A stretch of DNA of 64,000 nucleotides from Candidatus Limnocylindrales bacterium (lineage in GTDB: Bacteria; Chloroflexota; Limnocylindria; Limnocylindrales; CSP1-4): the NCBI GenBank assembly GCA_038915815.1, contig JBCLCL010000002.1:33521-97520 (forward strand), given 5' to 3'. The notes beneath the pieces are model-generated. The model was given only the letters and a program-made list of their open reading frames with translations, did no database searches and was not told the origin of the DNA. Within the stretch, counting starts at the first letter, position 1. The number at the start of each line of letters is the position of its first letter. Below are positions 1 through 10,843 of the stretch, in pieces. The position numbers and the translations under genes were made by a program.

Positions 1-1
1 C

Positions 2-499
2 GATACCGGGATCGGCTTCTACGACCATCTCCTCGGGTCGATGGCTCATCACGGTTTGTTCGACCTGGCGATCAGCGCCGATGGCGACCTGCAGATCGAC
101 GACCACCACAGCGTCGAGGACATCGCCCTGGTGCTCGGCGCCGCCTTCGCCGAGGCGCTCGGCGACCGGGCCGGGATCGCCCGCTTCGGGCAGAGCTCGG
201 TGCCGATGGACGAGTCGCTGGCGACGGCGGTCCTCGATCTTGGCGGACGACCCTACGCGGTCATCGACCTGCCCTTCCGCGGCGAGCGGGTCGGCGGTCT
301 GCCGCTCCAGCTCGTCGAGCATGCCCTCGAGGCGTTCGCACGCACGGCCGGCGCCACGCTCCACCTGTCGGGTACGGGACGCAACGATCATCACCTGGCG
401 GAGGCGGCGTTCAAGGCGTTCGGGCGGGCGCTGAGGATCGCCTGTGAGCTGGATCCGCGGCGGACTGGTGTCGCTTCGACCAAGGGCGTCCTCGGATGA
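2..499 (+). CDS. hisB: imidazoleglycerol-phosphate dehydratase, 5'-truncated by the window edge
   Basis: The frame from nt 2 reads DTGIGFYDHLLGSMAHHG...DDHHSVEDIALVLG...RNDHHLAEAAFKAFGRAL, which are HisB signatures. There is no start in the window. The stop overlaps the hisH ATG (ATGA). Confidence 0.93.
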   Translation, partial: DTGIGFYDHLLGSMAHHGLFDLAISADGDLQIDDHHSVEDIALVLGAAFAEALGDRAGIARFGQSSVPMDESLATAVLDLGGRPYAVIDLPFRGERVGGLPLQLVEHALEAFARTAGATLHLSGTGRNDHHLAEAAFKAFGRALRIACELDPRRTGVASTKGVLG

Positions 500-1137
500 G
501 TGGCCGGCCGCTCATCGCCGTGATCGACTACGGTGCCGGCAACCTGGTCAGCATCGACCAGGCTCTCACGACCGTCGGGGCCGACGTGCGCATCGCCGGC
601 GACGCGGCATCGCTCCACGACGTCGACGCCATGCTCGTGCCGGGCGTGGGCGCAGCGGCACCCGCGATGGCCAGCCTGGATCGCCGCGGATTGATCGGAC
701 CGATCGCCGCCTGGATCGCCGCCGATCGCCCGTTCCTGGGTATCTGCCTCGGGCTGCAGCTCATGTTCGAAGGCAGCGACGAAGACGGTGCCGCGACGTT
801 CGGTGCACTGCCGGGTCGGACGGTTCGCCTGGCAGCCGCGCCCACGCTGCCGCACATCGGTTGGAACCAGGTCGTCCGAACCCGCCCTCACCCGCTGTTC
901 GACGGTATCGAGGACGGCGCGGACTTCTACTTCGTCCATTCCTATGCCGGCGTGCCGCCGGCCACGGCGACGACCGGCAACGACGGACTCGTGCTGGCCC
1001 GGACCACCCATGGCGAGGCCTTCGTTTCGGCGGTCAGTCGCGGTGCCCTGCTCGGCGTGCAGTTCCACCCCGAACGAAGCGGGCCTGACGGCCTTCGCTT
1101 GCTCGCGAACTTCGTCGGCCTGGTCCGAGCGGCCTGA
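496..1137 (+). CDS. hisH: imidazole glycerol phosphate synthase, glutamine amidotransferase subunit
   Basis: 213 aa. [28 protein letters not shown] and VQFHPERS are class I GATase/HisH motifs. It lies within the his cluster. Confidence 0.93.
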   Translation: MSGRPLIAVIDYGAGNLVSIDQALTTVGADVRIAGDAASLHDVDAMLVPGVGAAAPAMASLDRRGLIGPIAAWIAADRPFLGICLGLQLMFEGSDEDGAATFGALPGRTVRLAAAPTLPHIGWNQVVRTRPHPLFDGIEDGADFYFVHSYAGVPPATATTGNDGLVLARTTHGEAFVSAVSRGALLGVQFHPERSGPDGLRLLANFVGLVRAA

Positions 1138-1916
1138 TGCTTCGCCGGCGAGTGATCCCCTGCCTGGACGTGGCCGGCGGTCGGGTCGTCAAGGGGACCC
1201 GCTTCGTCGACCTGGTGGACGAGGGCGATCCACCTGAGCTGGCGGAGCGCTACGCGCGCGAGGGCGCCGACGAACTCGTCTTCCTCGACATCTCGGCCGC
1301 ACCAGAGCGGCGCGGCACGCTCCTCGACATCGTGGAACGGACCGCCCGCCGGGCGTTCATCCCGCTGACCGTGGGTGGAGGCGTCCGGACGGTGGCCGAG
1401 ATGCGCGATGTGCTGCGGGCCGGAGCCGACAAGGTGTCGCTCAACACGGCGGCAGTGGCGGACCCGACCTTGATCCGCGAGTGTGCCGAGCGGTTCGGGC
1501 GCCAGGCCGTCGTCGTCGCCATCGACGCCAGGGCGACGCGCGCGGGCGACGCCTGGGAGGTGACGGTCGAGGGCGGCCGGAGGGCGACCGGGCTGGATGC
1601 CGTGGCCTGGGCACGGCGGGCGGTCGAACTCGGTGCCGGCGAGTTGCTGGTCACGTCGATCGATCGGGACGGGACGGGTTCGGGCTTCGATATTGCGCTG
1701 CTCCGGGCGATCAGCTCGACGGTCGAGGTACCGGTGATCGCCTCGGGCGGGGCGGCCGGGCCCGCGGATTTCGTGGCGGCCGTTCGGGACGGCGGGGCGG
1801 ACGCCGTCCTCGCAGCGTCCATCTTCCACCGCCGGATCTACGCCATCAGTGAGATCAAGGCTGCCATGGCCGCCGCGGGATTGCCCGTGCGCCTCGTGCC
1901 GCAGGCCGTGGCGTGA
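1137..1916 (+). CDS. hisF: imidazole glycerol phosphate synthase, cyclase subunit
   Basis: 259 aa. [23 protein letters not shown] and [11 protein letters not shown] are HisF motifs. There is a TGATG overlap with hisH. Confidence 0.94.
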   Translation: MLRRRVIPCLDVAGGRVVKGTRFVDLVDEGDPPELAERYAREGADELVFLDISAAPERRGTLLDIVERTARRAFIPLTVGGGVRTVAEMRDVLRAGADKVSLNTAAVADPTLIRECAERFGRQAVVVAIDARATRAGDAWEVTVEGGRRATGLDAVAWARRAVELGAGELLVTSIDRDGTGSGFDIALLRAISSTVEVPVIASGGAAGPADFVAAVRDGGADAVLAASIFHRRIYAISEIKAAMAAAGLPVRLVPQAVA

Positions 1917-2599
1917 CCGCCGAAGGACAGGCGGCCGGCTCCTGGCCCGGACCGGACCTCCGATACGACGCCGCCGGCCTCGTCCCTGCGGTCGTGCAGG
2001 ACGCGACGGACGGCCGGGTCCTGATGGTCGCCTACATGGACGCGGAGGCACTCGCGGCGACCCTGGCCACCGGCGAGATCCACCTCCACTCTCGATCCCG
2101 CGACCGTCTCTGGCGAAAAGGCGAGACGAGCGGCCACCTCCTCCGGCTGGTCGGCCTGGCCACCGACTGCGACAGTGACGCGCTGCTGCTGACCGCGGAG
2201 CCGGTCGGCCCAACCTGTCACCGCGGGACGCGGAGCTGCTTCGACCCCGCCGACGCGCCGGCCGAACGATCGACCCAGGGGTTCGCCTGGCTGGAGACGC
2301 TCTGGGCGACGATCGGGGCGCGGGCTGCCGCCCGGCCGCCGGATTCCTACACCGTCGGCTTGCTCGCTGGGGGCGTGGATGCCGTGGCCCGCAAGGTCAG
2401 CGAGGAAGCGACCGAGGTCCTCATCGCCGCCAAGGACGACGCACGGGTCGAGGCGGTCGGGGCGGACCGCGAGGCGACGCGCTCGGCACTGGCGGGCGAA
2501 TCCGCCGACCTCCTCTATCACACGCTCGTCCTGCTCGCCGAGCGCGGCCTGGAGGCGAGGGCGGTCATCGATGCTCTGCGGGCCCGCCACCGGGTCTGA
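1913..2599 (+). CDS. hisIE: bifunctional phosphoribosyl-AMP cyclohydrolase / phosphoribosyl-ATP pyrophosphatase
   Basis: 228 aa. The N-terminal half is HisI-like ([23 protein letters not shown]). The C-terminal half is HisE-like ([12 protein letters not shown]...[13 protein letters not shown]). The GTG start overlaps the hisF stop (GTGA). Confidence 0.9.
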   Translation: MTAEGQAAGSWPGPDLRYDAAGLVPAVVQDATDGRVLMVAYMDAEALAATLATGEIHLHSRSRDRLWRKGETSGHLLRLVGLATDCDSDALLLTAEPVGPTCHRGTRSCFDPADAPAERSTQGFAWLETLWATIGARAAARPPDSYTVGLLAGGVDAVARKVSEEATEVLIAAKDDARVEAVGADREATRSALAGESADLLYHTLVLLAERGLEARAVIDALRARHRV

Positions 2600-2770
2600 G
2601 GCCTTCGACCGGCGGACCAGATCCACGCTTAGCGTCTGCTCGCCACGCCTTCGTTCCGGCGATCTACGGCCTGTCTTGCCGCGGTGTCAGCCACACGAGT
2701 CGGGACATGAATATTCCGCCGACTGTTGGACCTCCCATGGCGCCAGCACCTTACCGCAACCCCGTCACGG

Positions 2771-4132
<1,362 letters not shown>

Positions 4133-4199
4133 GCCGTCTCGACCAACCGGAAGGCGCCTGACCGTTGATTCACGCCCCTATGCTATCGTGCGGCCGCAG

Positions 4200-7094
4200 A
4201 TGCAGACCAGCCTCGCGCGGCGCCAGCGCCACCGACGGGCCACCGGACGGCGCCCCGAGGGCGGGCGCGGGTCGACCGTCGCCACGGCCGTCGGCGCCAC
4301 CATCGTCGTCCTGTTGGTGGGATCGTTCCTCGTCGGGTTCATCGGGTTGGCCGTGGTCGTGAGCGCGTACAACCAGTACGCGGCCGGGCTGCCGGAACCC
4401 GCCGCAGCCCTGAACGAGATCCAGTTCGAGCAGCAGACGATCGTCTACGACCGGACGGGCAAGGTCGAACTGGCCCGGCTCGGGGACCTCAAGCGCGAAC
4501 TCGTGGAGTTCGGCGATATCCCCGGCGAGGTCCTCGACGCGACGACCGCGATCGAGGACAAGGACTTCTGGAGCAACCCCGGCTTTGACCCGTTCGCGAT
4601 CGTCTCGGCCGGCATCGACACGGTCAGTGGACGGCCGCGTGGAGCCTCCACGATCACCCAGCAGCTCGTCCGGGCGCGGCTGCTTCCCCCTGAGGCCTTC
4701 GAAGGCTCCACCGTCGAGCGGAAGATCCGCGAGATCATCCAGTCGATCCGGCTGACCGAAGCCTTCCCAGGCCAGGCAGGCAAGGAACAGATCATCACCG
4801 CCTACCTGAATCTGAACTTCTACGGCAACCAGAGCTACGGGGTCAAGGCGGCCGCCAGGAGCTACTTCGGCAAGTCGCTCGACGAACTCAGCCTCGCGCA
4901 GGCCGCCATCCTGGTCGCCATCCCGCAGTCCCCGACCCGGTTCGACCTGGTCCGCAACGCCGACTCGATCTGTCTCGAGGACGTCCCCGAAGGCACCGAG
5001 TGCACGAAGTTCAAGCTGGTCGTGCCGCCCGGGACGGAGATCGTCCAGCGCCGCGACTACGTCCTGGACCTGATGAAGACGCGCAGCCCGCTGACCGGCG
5101 ACCAGCACACGGCGGCCGAATACGAGGTCGCCAAGGACGAGCCGGTCGAGTTGCGCCAGCAGGTGTCGGTCAACTGGAAGGCGCCCCACTTCGTCTGGCA
5201 GGTACTCCGCCAGCTGGGCCAGATCCTCTGCCCGGAGACCCCGGACACCTGCCCACTGGTGGATTCCGGCGGCTACCGGGTCACCACGACCCTCGACTGG
5301 GAGATGCAGAAGGTCGTCGACAAGTGGGTCTATGTCGCGGCCCGCGCGCCCAATTCCTCGGACCCTGAAGCGGTCCTGACCGCACGCAAGATCCCCGCGG
5401 CGGCCCAGCGCTGGATCCTGGGCCTCCGCGGCCGCAACATCCACAACGCCGCCGCGGCGGTCATGGACTACCGGACCGGCGACATCCTCGCCTATGCCGG
5501 CAGCGCCAGCTACATCTCCAAGGGAAACAAGACGTTCCAGCCGCAGTTCGACGTGCTGGCCGACGGCTGGCGACAGCCCGGATCTGCCATCAAGCCGATC
5601 GACTACGCGATCGGGATCGACGACAAGGCGATCACCGCCTCGACGATGCTGATGGACGTCGTGACCGACTTCGGCAAGGAGTACACGCCCACCCAGGCCG
5701 ACAAGCTCGAGCGCGGTCCCGTCCGCGTCCGCTCGGCCCTGCAGTTCTCGCTCAATATCCCGGCGATCAAGGCCACGATCAGGACCGGGCTGGACCGCGT
5801 CTTCGCCCGCACGAAGGACTTCGGGCTGACCTACCCGGACTCGGCGATCCCGGTCGTCTCGATGGGGATCGGGACGCTGGAGCTCCATCCGATCGAGTTG
5901 CTCGGGGCGTACGCCACGATCGCCGACGGCGGCGTTCGGGTACCCCGACGGACGATCGACACGATCATCGATTCCGACGGACGGATCGTCTGGCCGGTGA
6001 CCGACGTCGCCGAGAGTGGCGCGCGGGTGATCAACGCCGGGACCGCGTACATCATCACCGACATCCTGGCCGGCAATACCGACAAGAAGGTCAATCCCTA
6101 CTGGGGCAAGTGGGCCATCTTCGATGGCGACACCCGCCGCCCTGCCGCGTACAAGACCGGCACCACCTCCGACAATCGCGATGTCGCAGCCTATGGGTTC
6201 CTCGCCCCGCCGGCGGACGAGACGAGCCCTGCGCTGGCGGTCGGCGTCTGGATGGGCAACAGCGACAACAGCCCCAATGACGGGAGGTTGTCACTGGATA
6301 CCTCGGCGCCCCTCTGGTCGGCCATCCTGACCGAGATCAGCCAGGGTTTCCCGATCGCCCAGTTCGTCCCGCCGAGCGACCTTGAAAGGGCCGAGGTGGA
6401 CGCCTTCACGGGCCTCAGGCCCGGGCCGTTCACGACCCGGACGGTCGAGGAGATCTTCCTGCCGGGCACGGTCCCGACCCAGAAGGAGACGCTCCGGGTC
6501 GCGCTGCCGATCGATGAGGCGTCCGGCCTGCTCTGGCAGGAGGGTTGCCTCGGTCCGATGGTCACCCACGGGTTCTTCGATCTCTCCGCGGTCGAGGCGA
6601 ATTTCGAGAACTGGCAACAGGCGAATGCCGCCTGGGGCGCGCGTGCGGCGCGAGGCGCCGGCGTCAGCGGCGGGCCGGAGAAAACGCGGACGTCGTACTT
6701 CTACAACAACTCGTTCGCCCCGTTCGGGCGGACCTGGGGGGCGCCATTCGCGCCGACCGAGCTGTGCCCGGTCGTGTTGCCGCCTGCCCCACCTCCGTGT
6801 GATCCGTTCTTCGGCCCGTGCGAGCCACCTCCGTGTGATCCGGTCTTCGGCCCGTGCGAGCCACCTCCGGTCGCGGAGGGCATGCCGGTGCCGAACCTCC
6901 GATGCCTGACCCTTGAGGCGGCCGCTGATAGCCTGACCGGCGCCGGGTTCGCCTTGGGCGACGTGAAGCCGAGCGACCCAGGCCCCGACTTCGTCGTCTC
7001 AGATACCAGACCGGATGCCGGTATCCCACTGCCACCTGGCAGCAGCGTCGACCTGACACTCCGCGCCCGCTCGAAGATCCCCGCCTGCCCGTAA
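4200..7094 (+). CDS. class A penicillin-binding protein (transglycosylase/transpeptidase) with C-terminal Cys-rich repeat and PASTA domain
   Basis: The ATG at 4200 gives an Arg-rich cytoplasmic head followed by a TM helix (IVVLLVGSFLVGFIGLAVVV). GT51 motifs are EDKDFWSNPGFD and GASTITQQLV. The transpeptidase motif is PGSAIKP (SxxK). The tail PVPNLRCLTLEAAADSLTGAGFALGDV...VDLTLRA is PASTA-like. The 3996 ORF-track start would overlap tyrS and is rejected. Confidence 0.9.
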   Translation: MQTSLARRQRHRRATGRRPEGGRGSTVATAVGATIVVLLVGSFLVGFIGLAVVVSAYNQYAAGLPEPAAALNEIQFEQQTIVYDRTGKVELARLGDLKRELVEFGDIPGEVLDATTAIEDKDFWSNPGFDPFAIVSAGIDTVSGRPRGASTITQQLVRARLLPPEAFEGSTVERKIREIIQSIRLTEAFPGQAGKEQIITAYLNLNFYGNQSYGVKAAARSYFGKSLDELSLAQAAILVAIPQSPTRFDLVRNADSICLEDVPEGTECTKFKLVVPPGTEIVQRRDYVLDLMKTRSPLTGDQHTAAEYEVAKDEPVELRQQVSVNWKAPHFVWQVLRQLGQILCPETPDTCPLVDSGGYRVTTTLDWEMQKVVDKWVYVAARAPNSSDPEAVLTARKIPAAAQRWILGLRGRNIHNAAAAVMDYRTGDILAYAGSASYISKGNKTFQPQFDVLADGWRQPGSAIKPIDYAIGIDDKAITASTMLMDVVTDFGKEYTPTQADKLERGPVRVRSALQFSLNIPAIKATIRTGLDRVFARTKDFGLTYPDSAIPVVSMGIGTLELHPIELLGAYATIADGGVRVPRRTIDTIIDSDGRIVWPVTDVAESGARVINAGTAYIITDILAGNTDKKVNPYWGKWAIFDGDTRRPAAYKTGTTSDNRDVAAYGFLAPPADETSPALAVGVWMGNSDNSPNDGRLSLDTSAPLWSAILTEISQGFPIAQFVPPSDLERAEVDAFTGLRPGPFTTRTVEEIFLPGTVPTQKETLRVALPIDEASGLLWQEGCLGPMVTHGFFDLSAVEANFENWQQANAAWGARAARGAGVSGGPEKTRTSYFYNNSFAPFGRTWGAPFAPTELCPVVLPPAPPPCDPFFGPCEPPPCDPVFGPCEPPPVAEGMPVPNLRCLTLEAAADSLTGAGFALGDVKPSDPGPDFVVSDTRPDAGIPLPPGSSVDLTLRARSKIPACP
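6789..6869 (+). repeat. 36-bp in-frame tandem duplication (2.25 units) inside the PBP gene
   Basis: Units 6789-6824 and 6825-6860 differ at a single base (gttc versus ggtc). A 9-nt partial third unit follows. The repeat encodes PPPCDPFFGPCE / PPPCDPVFGPCE / PPP. Confidence 0.95.
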
Positions 7095-7098
7095 CGCC

Positions 7099-9444
7099 CT
7101 ACAACTCGACGATCGTGGTGCCGTCGCCGCCCTCACCACGCTGGCCGGGGCGCAATGCGCGGACCAGCGGGTGATCCACCGCCTCGGCCCGGACCGCGTC
7201 GCGCAGGGCCCCGGTCCCAAGGCCGTGGATGATCATCACCTTGGGCAGGCCAGCCAGTCCCGCGTCGTCGAGGTAGCGCGCCAGGGCCTCCAGCGCCTCC
7301 TCGACGCGGGCCCCCCGCAGATCCAGCGACGAAGCGACCGAATCGGCTCGCTCGAGTCGGAGCGCTGACGCGTTCGAGGTGGCCGCCGCGGCGTCGCTGG
7401 TGCGTTCCGATGGTCCGAGGGCCGCGAGGACAAGATCCTCGACGTCGACGGTCACCCGCATGCTGCCGGCCTCCAGTGTCGCTCGCTTGCCGCCGCGCTC
7501 GAGCGCGGCGATCCGGCCTTCCCAGCCGCCGGATCGACTGCGGGCCCGTTCACCCAGTCGCCAGGTGCGTGGCGAGATCGGCTCGGGGACCGGCTCGGCA
7601 TCCACGCCCGGCAGTCGCCCGAGATCGGCCTCCGCCCGGCTGACCGCCTCGTCGAGTGATGCGGCAGTCAGCGTCTCGCGCTCGAGGGCCTGCCTCGTCG
7701 AGCTCACCTCGGCCCGCAGGTCCTCCACGATCCGCTCGGCTTCCGTCCGGGCTGCCAGCACCGCCTCGTCCCGCTCGCGGCGCGCTCGACGGCGCTCCTC
7801 CTCGGCGATCCTGAGCTGATCCGTGGCCCGCAGTTCGGCCAGGCGCGCCCGATCGAGCGCGTCACTCGTTTCGCCCTCGGTCGTCCGGATCGCCGCGAGC
7901 GTCGCCTCGAACGAGCGCTGCGACTCGGACAGCCTCGAGCGGGCGTCGGAGACGATCGGTTCCGGCAGGCCGAGCCGCTCGGCGATGGCGAATGCCTGGC
8001 TGCCGCCCGGCAGCCCGATCGTCAGCCGGTAGGTCGGCGAGAGCGTCTCGATGTCGAACTCGACCGCGGCGTTGCGCACGCCCGGTGTGGTGTGGGCGTA
8101 CGCCTTCAGCTCGGCGTAATGGGTCGTCGCTGCAACCAGCGCGCCTGCCCCGATGAAGTGGTCGAGCAGGGCCTGGGCCAGGGCAGAGCCCTCGGTCGGA
8201 TCGGTCCCGGCGCCGAGTTCGTCGAGGAGGACCAGTGTCCCCGGCCCGGCCGCCTCGACGATCCGGATGATCGAGCGAAGGTGGCCCGAGAACGTGGAGA
8301 GCGACTGGGCGATCGACTGCTCGTCACCGATGTCGGCGAAGACGTCGCGCCAGACCGGCAGCCGGCTCCCGGGCGCCACGGGCACGTGCAACCCGGCCTG
8401 GTGCATCAGACTGAGCAGGCCCAACGTTCGCAGGGTGACCGTCTTGCCACCGGTGTTGGGGCCGGTCACCACGAGGGCCGTGTAGCCGTCGCCGAGACGG
8501 ACGTCGATCGGGACGACCCGGCCGGTCAGCCCGGGATGGCGAGCGGAGAGCAGGACGACCTCGAAGCGCTCACCCGTCTCCGCCCGGACCGCACCCATCT
8601 CGGCAGCCAGCGCCGCCTTCGCTGCCCACAGGTCGAAGCGAGCGAGGGCGCCCAGGGTCTCGCGCAGGTCCGTCGCATTGGCGGCCACGAATGCCGACAG
8701 CTCATCGAGGATCCGGGCGACCTCCTCGGCTTCGGCGACCTGCGCCTCCCGCCAGGCGTTGCCGAGCTCGACCACGACGAGCGGTTCGATGAACAGGGTC
8801 TGGCCGCTCCCCGACGCGTCGTGGACGATGCCCTTGACCCGCGCTCGCGCTTCGGCCTTGACCGGCACCACGTAGCGCCCGTTGCGCAGCGTGACGATCG
8901 GTTCCTGGAGGGCGCTGCCCAGTTCCGTGCCGACGAGCGCGTCGAGGCGGCGACGCAACCGGTCGTAGGCCATCCGGACGGCAACGCGCAGGCCGCCAAG
9001 TCGCGGTGAGGCCGTGTCGAGCAGCTCGCCGACCGGATCGAAGCTGCGGGTCAGGGTCGAGCGCAGAGCCGGCAGCGCATGGAGCTCCCGGCCGAGGTCG
9101 CGCAGCAGGGGTCGCCGCTCTTCCGCCAGCATCGTCGCGAGTCGCGCCGTGGCATCAAGGGTCTCGCCGATCTCCAGGAACTGTCCGGGTTCCAGGCGTC
9201 CACCTCGAGCCGCCCGTTCGACCGCCGGCCCGATGTCGTGAGCGCCACCGATCCCCACGCCCGGCCGCTCCTCGAGCAGGCCGCGAGCCGCGTCGGTTTC
9301 GTCAAGGCCGCGGGCCACGATCAGCGGGTCGCTCGAAGGTTCGAGCGCCTCGGCAAGCTGCCGGGAGGGAGGGAAGGCGGTCACCTCTGCCAGTCGGGCG
9401 CGGACGTTCGGGAATTCGAGCAGGACGATCGAGCGCTGGTCCAT
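7099..9444 (-). CDS. mutS2: endonuclease MutS2 (MutS domain V ATPase plus C-terminal Smr domain)
   Basis: 781 aa. Walker A GPNTGGKTVTL, the MutS signature DELGAGTDPTEG, a long coiled-coil, and a C-terminal Smr (LDLRGARVEEALEALARYLD...IIHGLGTGALR). Confidence 0.92.
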   Translation of the reverse strand: MDQRSIVLLEFPNVRARLAEVTAFPPSRQLAEALEPSSDPLIVARGLDETDAARGLLEERPGVGIGGAHDIGPAVERAARGGRLEPGQFLEIGETLDATARLATMLAEERRPLLRDLGRELHALPALRSTLTRSFDPVGELLDTASPRLGGLRVAVRMAYDRLRRRLDALVGTELGSALQEPIVTLRNGRYVVPVKAEARARVKGIVHDASGSGQTLFIEPLVVVELGNAWREAQVAEAEEVARILDELSAFVAANATDLRETLGALARFDLWAAKAALAAEMGAVRAETGERFEVVLLSARHPGLTGRVVPIDVRLGDGYTALVVTGPNTGGKTVTLRTLGLLSLMHQAGLHVPVAPGSRLPVWRDVFADIGDEQSIAQSLSTFSGHLRSIIRIVEAAGPGTLVLLDELGAGTDPTEGSALAQALLDHFIGAGALVAATTHYAELKAYAHTTPGVRNAAVEFDIETLSPTYRLTIGLPGGSQAFAIAERLGLPEPIVSDARSRLSESQRSFEATLAAIRTTEGETSDALDRARLAELRATDQLRIAEEERRRARRERDEAVLAARTEAERIVEDLRAEVSSTRQALERETLTAASLDEAVSRAEADLGRLPGVDAEPVPEPISPRTWRLGERARSRSGGWEGRIAALERGGKRATLEAGSMRVTVDVEDLVLAALGPSERTSDAAAATSNASALRLERADSVASSLDLRGARVEEALEALARYLDDAGLAGLPKVMIIHGLGTGALRDAVRAEAVDHPLVRALRPGQRGEGGDGTTIVEL

Positions 9445-9453
9445 CGCGACTGG

Positions 9454-10059
9454 CTAACGGGCCCTGGCCGGGCCTGAGACCGAGGGGTTGCCGGCGATGC
9501 TGAGGCGCCATGGCCGGATCGTCCACGGCTCCCCGGCATAGCCGATCCCGATGCGCGGTGTCGCCCGGATCGAGGGCGGCGGCTCGTCGGCAGGGCGGCT
9601 TTCCAGGCGGAGTGGCGACGCCGCGTCGCACAGATCCATCCCGGTCCAGTTCGTGTCGAGCCCGAATGCGGCCGCGACCAGGCCCGGACCACTGGCCAGC
9701 CGCGCGTCCGCCGTCGCCTGGAGGCGCTCCAGATCGCTGGTCGTGCGTTCGGGCGATGGCTCGCGGCGGTTCGCGGCCGCGCGGGCGATCCGATCGGCGC
9801 GCATGCGCTCCATCCCCTCGAGCGGCTCCACGGCACGAACGAGCAGGGCGGCGGGTGAGCCCTCTCGCTCGGTGACCACGTTCAGGCAGGCATGCATCCC
9901 GTAGACAAGGTACACGTAGGCATGGCCCGGCGGCCCGAACATGACCCGGTTGCGGGCCGTCAGCCCGAAGCGAGCGTGCGACGCCAGATCTTCCGGCCCG
10001 ACGTAGGCCTCCACTTCGACGATCCGGGCGGTACGCCGGCCGTTCGTGTCGTCACGCAC
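9454..10059 (-). CDS. mpg: DNA-3-methyladenine glycosylase (Mpg/AAG family)
   Basis: RIVEVEAYVGPEDLASHA, NRVMFGPPGHAYVYLVYGMHACLNVV and LLVRAVEP are AAG-family motifs. The first canonical start is the GTG at 10059. Family-typical N-terminal sequence continues upstream to 10134 without ATG, GTG or TTG (see findings). Confidence 0.85.
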   Translation of the reverse strand: MRDDTNGRRTARIVEVEAYVGPEDLASHARFGLTARNRVMFGPPGHAYVYLVYGMHACLNVVTEREGSPAALLVRAVEPLEGMERMRADRIARAAANRREPSPERTTSDLERLQATADARLASGPGLVAAAFGLDTNWTGMDLCDAASPLRLESRPADEPPPSIRATPRIGIGYAGEPWTIRPWRLSIAGNPSVSGPARAR

Positions 10060-10141
10060 CAGGAGCGATCCGATGAGCGTCCGGCCGGCCTCCAGAGTGG
10101 TTCCGGCGAGCAGGGCTCGCTCGATGATGCGCAGACCGGCC

Positions 10142-10729
10142 TCAGCGCAGCGGGTAGGCGGCCTTGATGCCGTCAGGGATGAACAGGCCGATGAGCATGA
10201 AGCTCGACGGGATCAGGGTGTTGCGGAAGAGGACGGCGAACTGGGTATGGTCGAGACCGCCCCAGAACTCACGCAGGAGTGGGAGTTCCTGGGGGTCCTG
10301 CGGGATGCCGGGGATGCGGAAGAAGGTGTCGAGGATGATCAGCACCATCCCGAAGATGATGGCCGCCTGCAGCAGGCCGAGGAATCCGCCAAGGATCTCG
10401 TCGGCGAACCTCGCCTTCCTGAACAGTTGCTGCGGCTTGTAGTAGGTCTGGACGACGAGGGCAAGCGCGACGGCCGATGCCGAGAAGATCGTCCCGAAGC
10501 CGATCATGTAGCTGTACTGCCTCGGGAACTGCGTCCAGTGGTCGGCCAGGAAACGACCGAACGTATCGAACATGCTCGCCGCAAGCAGGAACGAGAAGAG
10601 GATGGAACCGAGCCCGATCAACCGGCGGATCGTCCCCTGGGCGAAGCCCAGAACGAAGAAACCGATGAAGTACAGCACGATGAGCAGGTCCACGGTCCCG
10701 AACCCGCCCACGAACTCCCCGAGGTCCAC
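10142..10729 (-). CDS. cvpA: CvpA family membrane protein
   Basis: Four predicted TM helices. The N-terminus VDLLIVLYFIGFFVLGFAQGTIRRL is typical of colicin V production protein family members. The chosen GTG at 10729 is preceded by GGAGG at a 7-nt spacing. The longer ORF-track start at 10813 adds a non-membrane Arg/Ser-rich head. Confidence 0.8.
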   Translation of the reverse strand: MDLGEFVGGFGTVDLLIVLYFIGFFVLGFAQGTIRRLIGLGSILFSFLLAASMFDTFGRFLADHWTQFPRQYSYMIGFGTIFSASAVALALVVQTYYKPQQLFRKARFADEILGGFLGLLQAAIIFGMVLIILDTFFRIPGIPQDPQELPLLREFWGGLDHTQFAVLFRNTLIPSSFMLIGLFIPDGIKAAYPLR

Positions 10730-10843
10730 GCATCTGCCTCCATGGACGGCGCTCCCGGCCCGCGTCGGTGACGAAGCCGCGCTAGGGTAGCAGCGGCCAT
10801 CCCGCCGCGGCAAGGGATGCTTGGGGTGGGGCCTCTGGCGAGG

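Noticed and set aside
2600-2770. A 170-bp convergent spacer between hisIE and tyrS with a locally AT-richer patch, checked for a small RNA or terminator.
   Set aside because: No convincing stem-loop, repeat or conserved motif was recognisable by eye.
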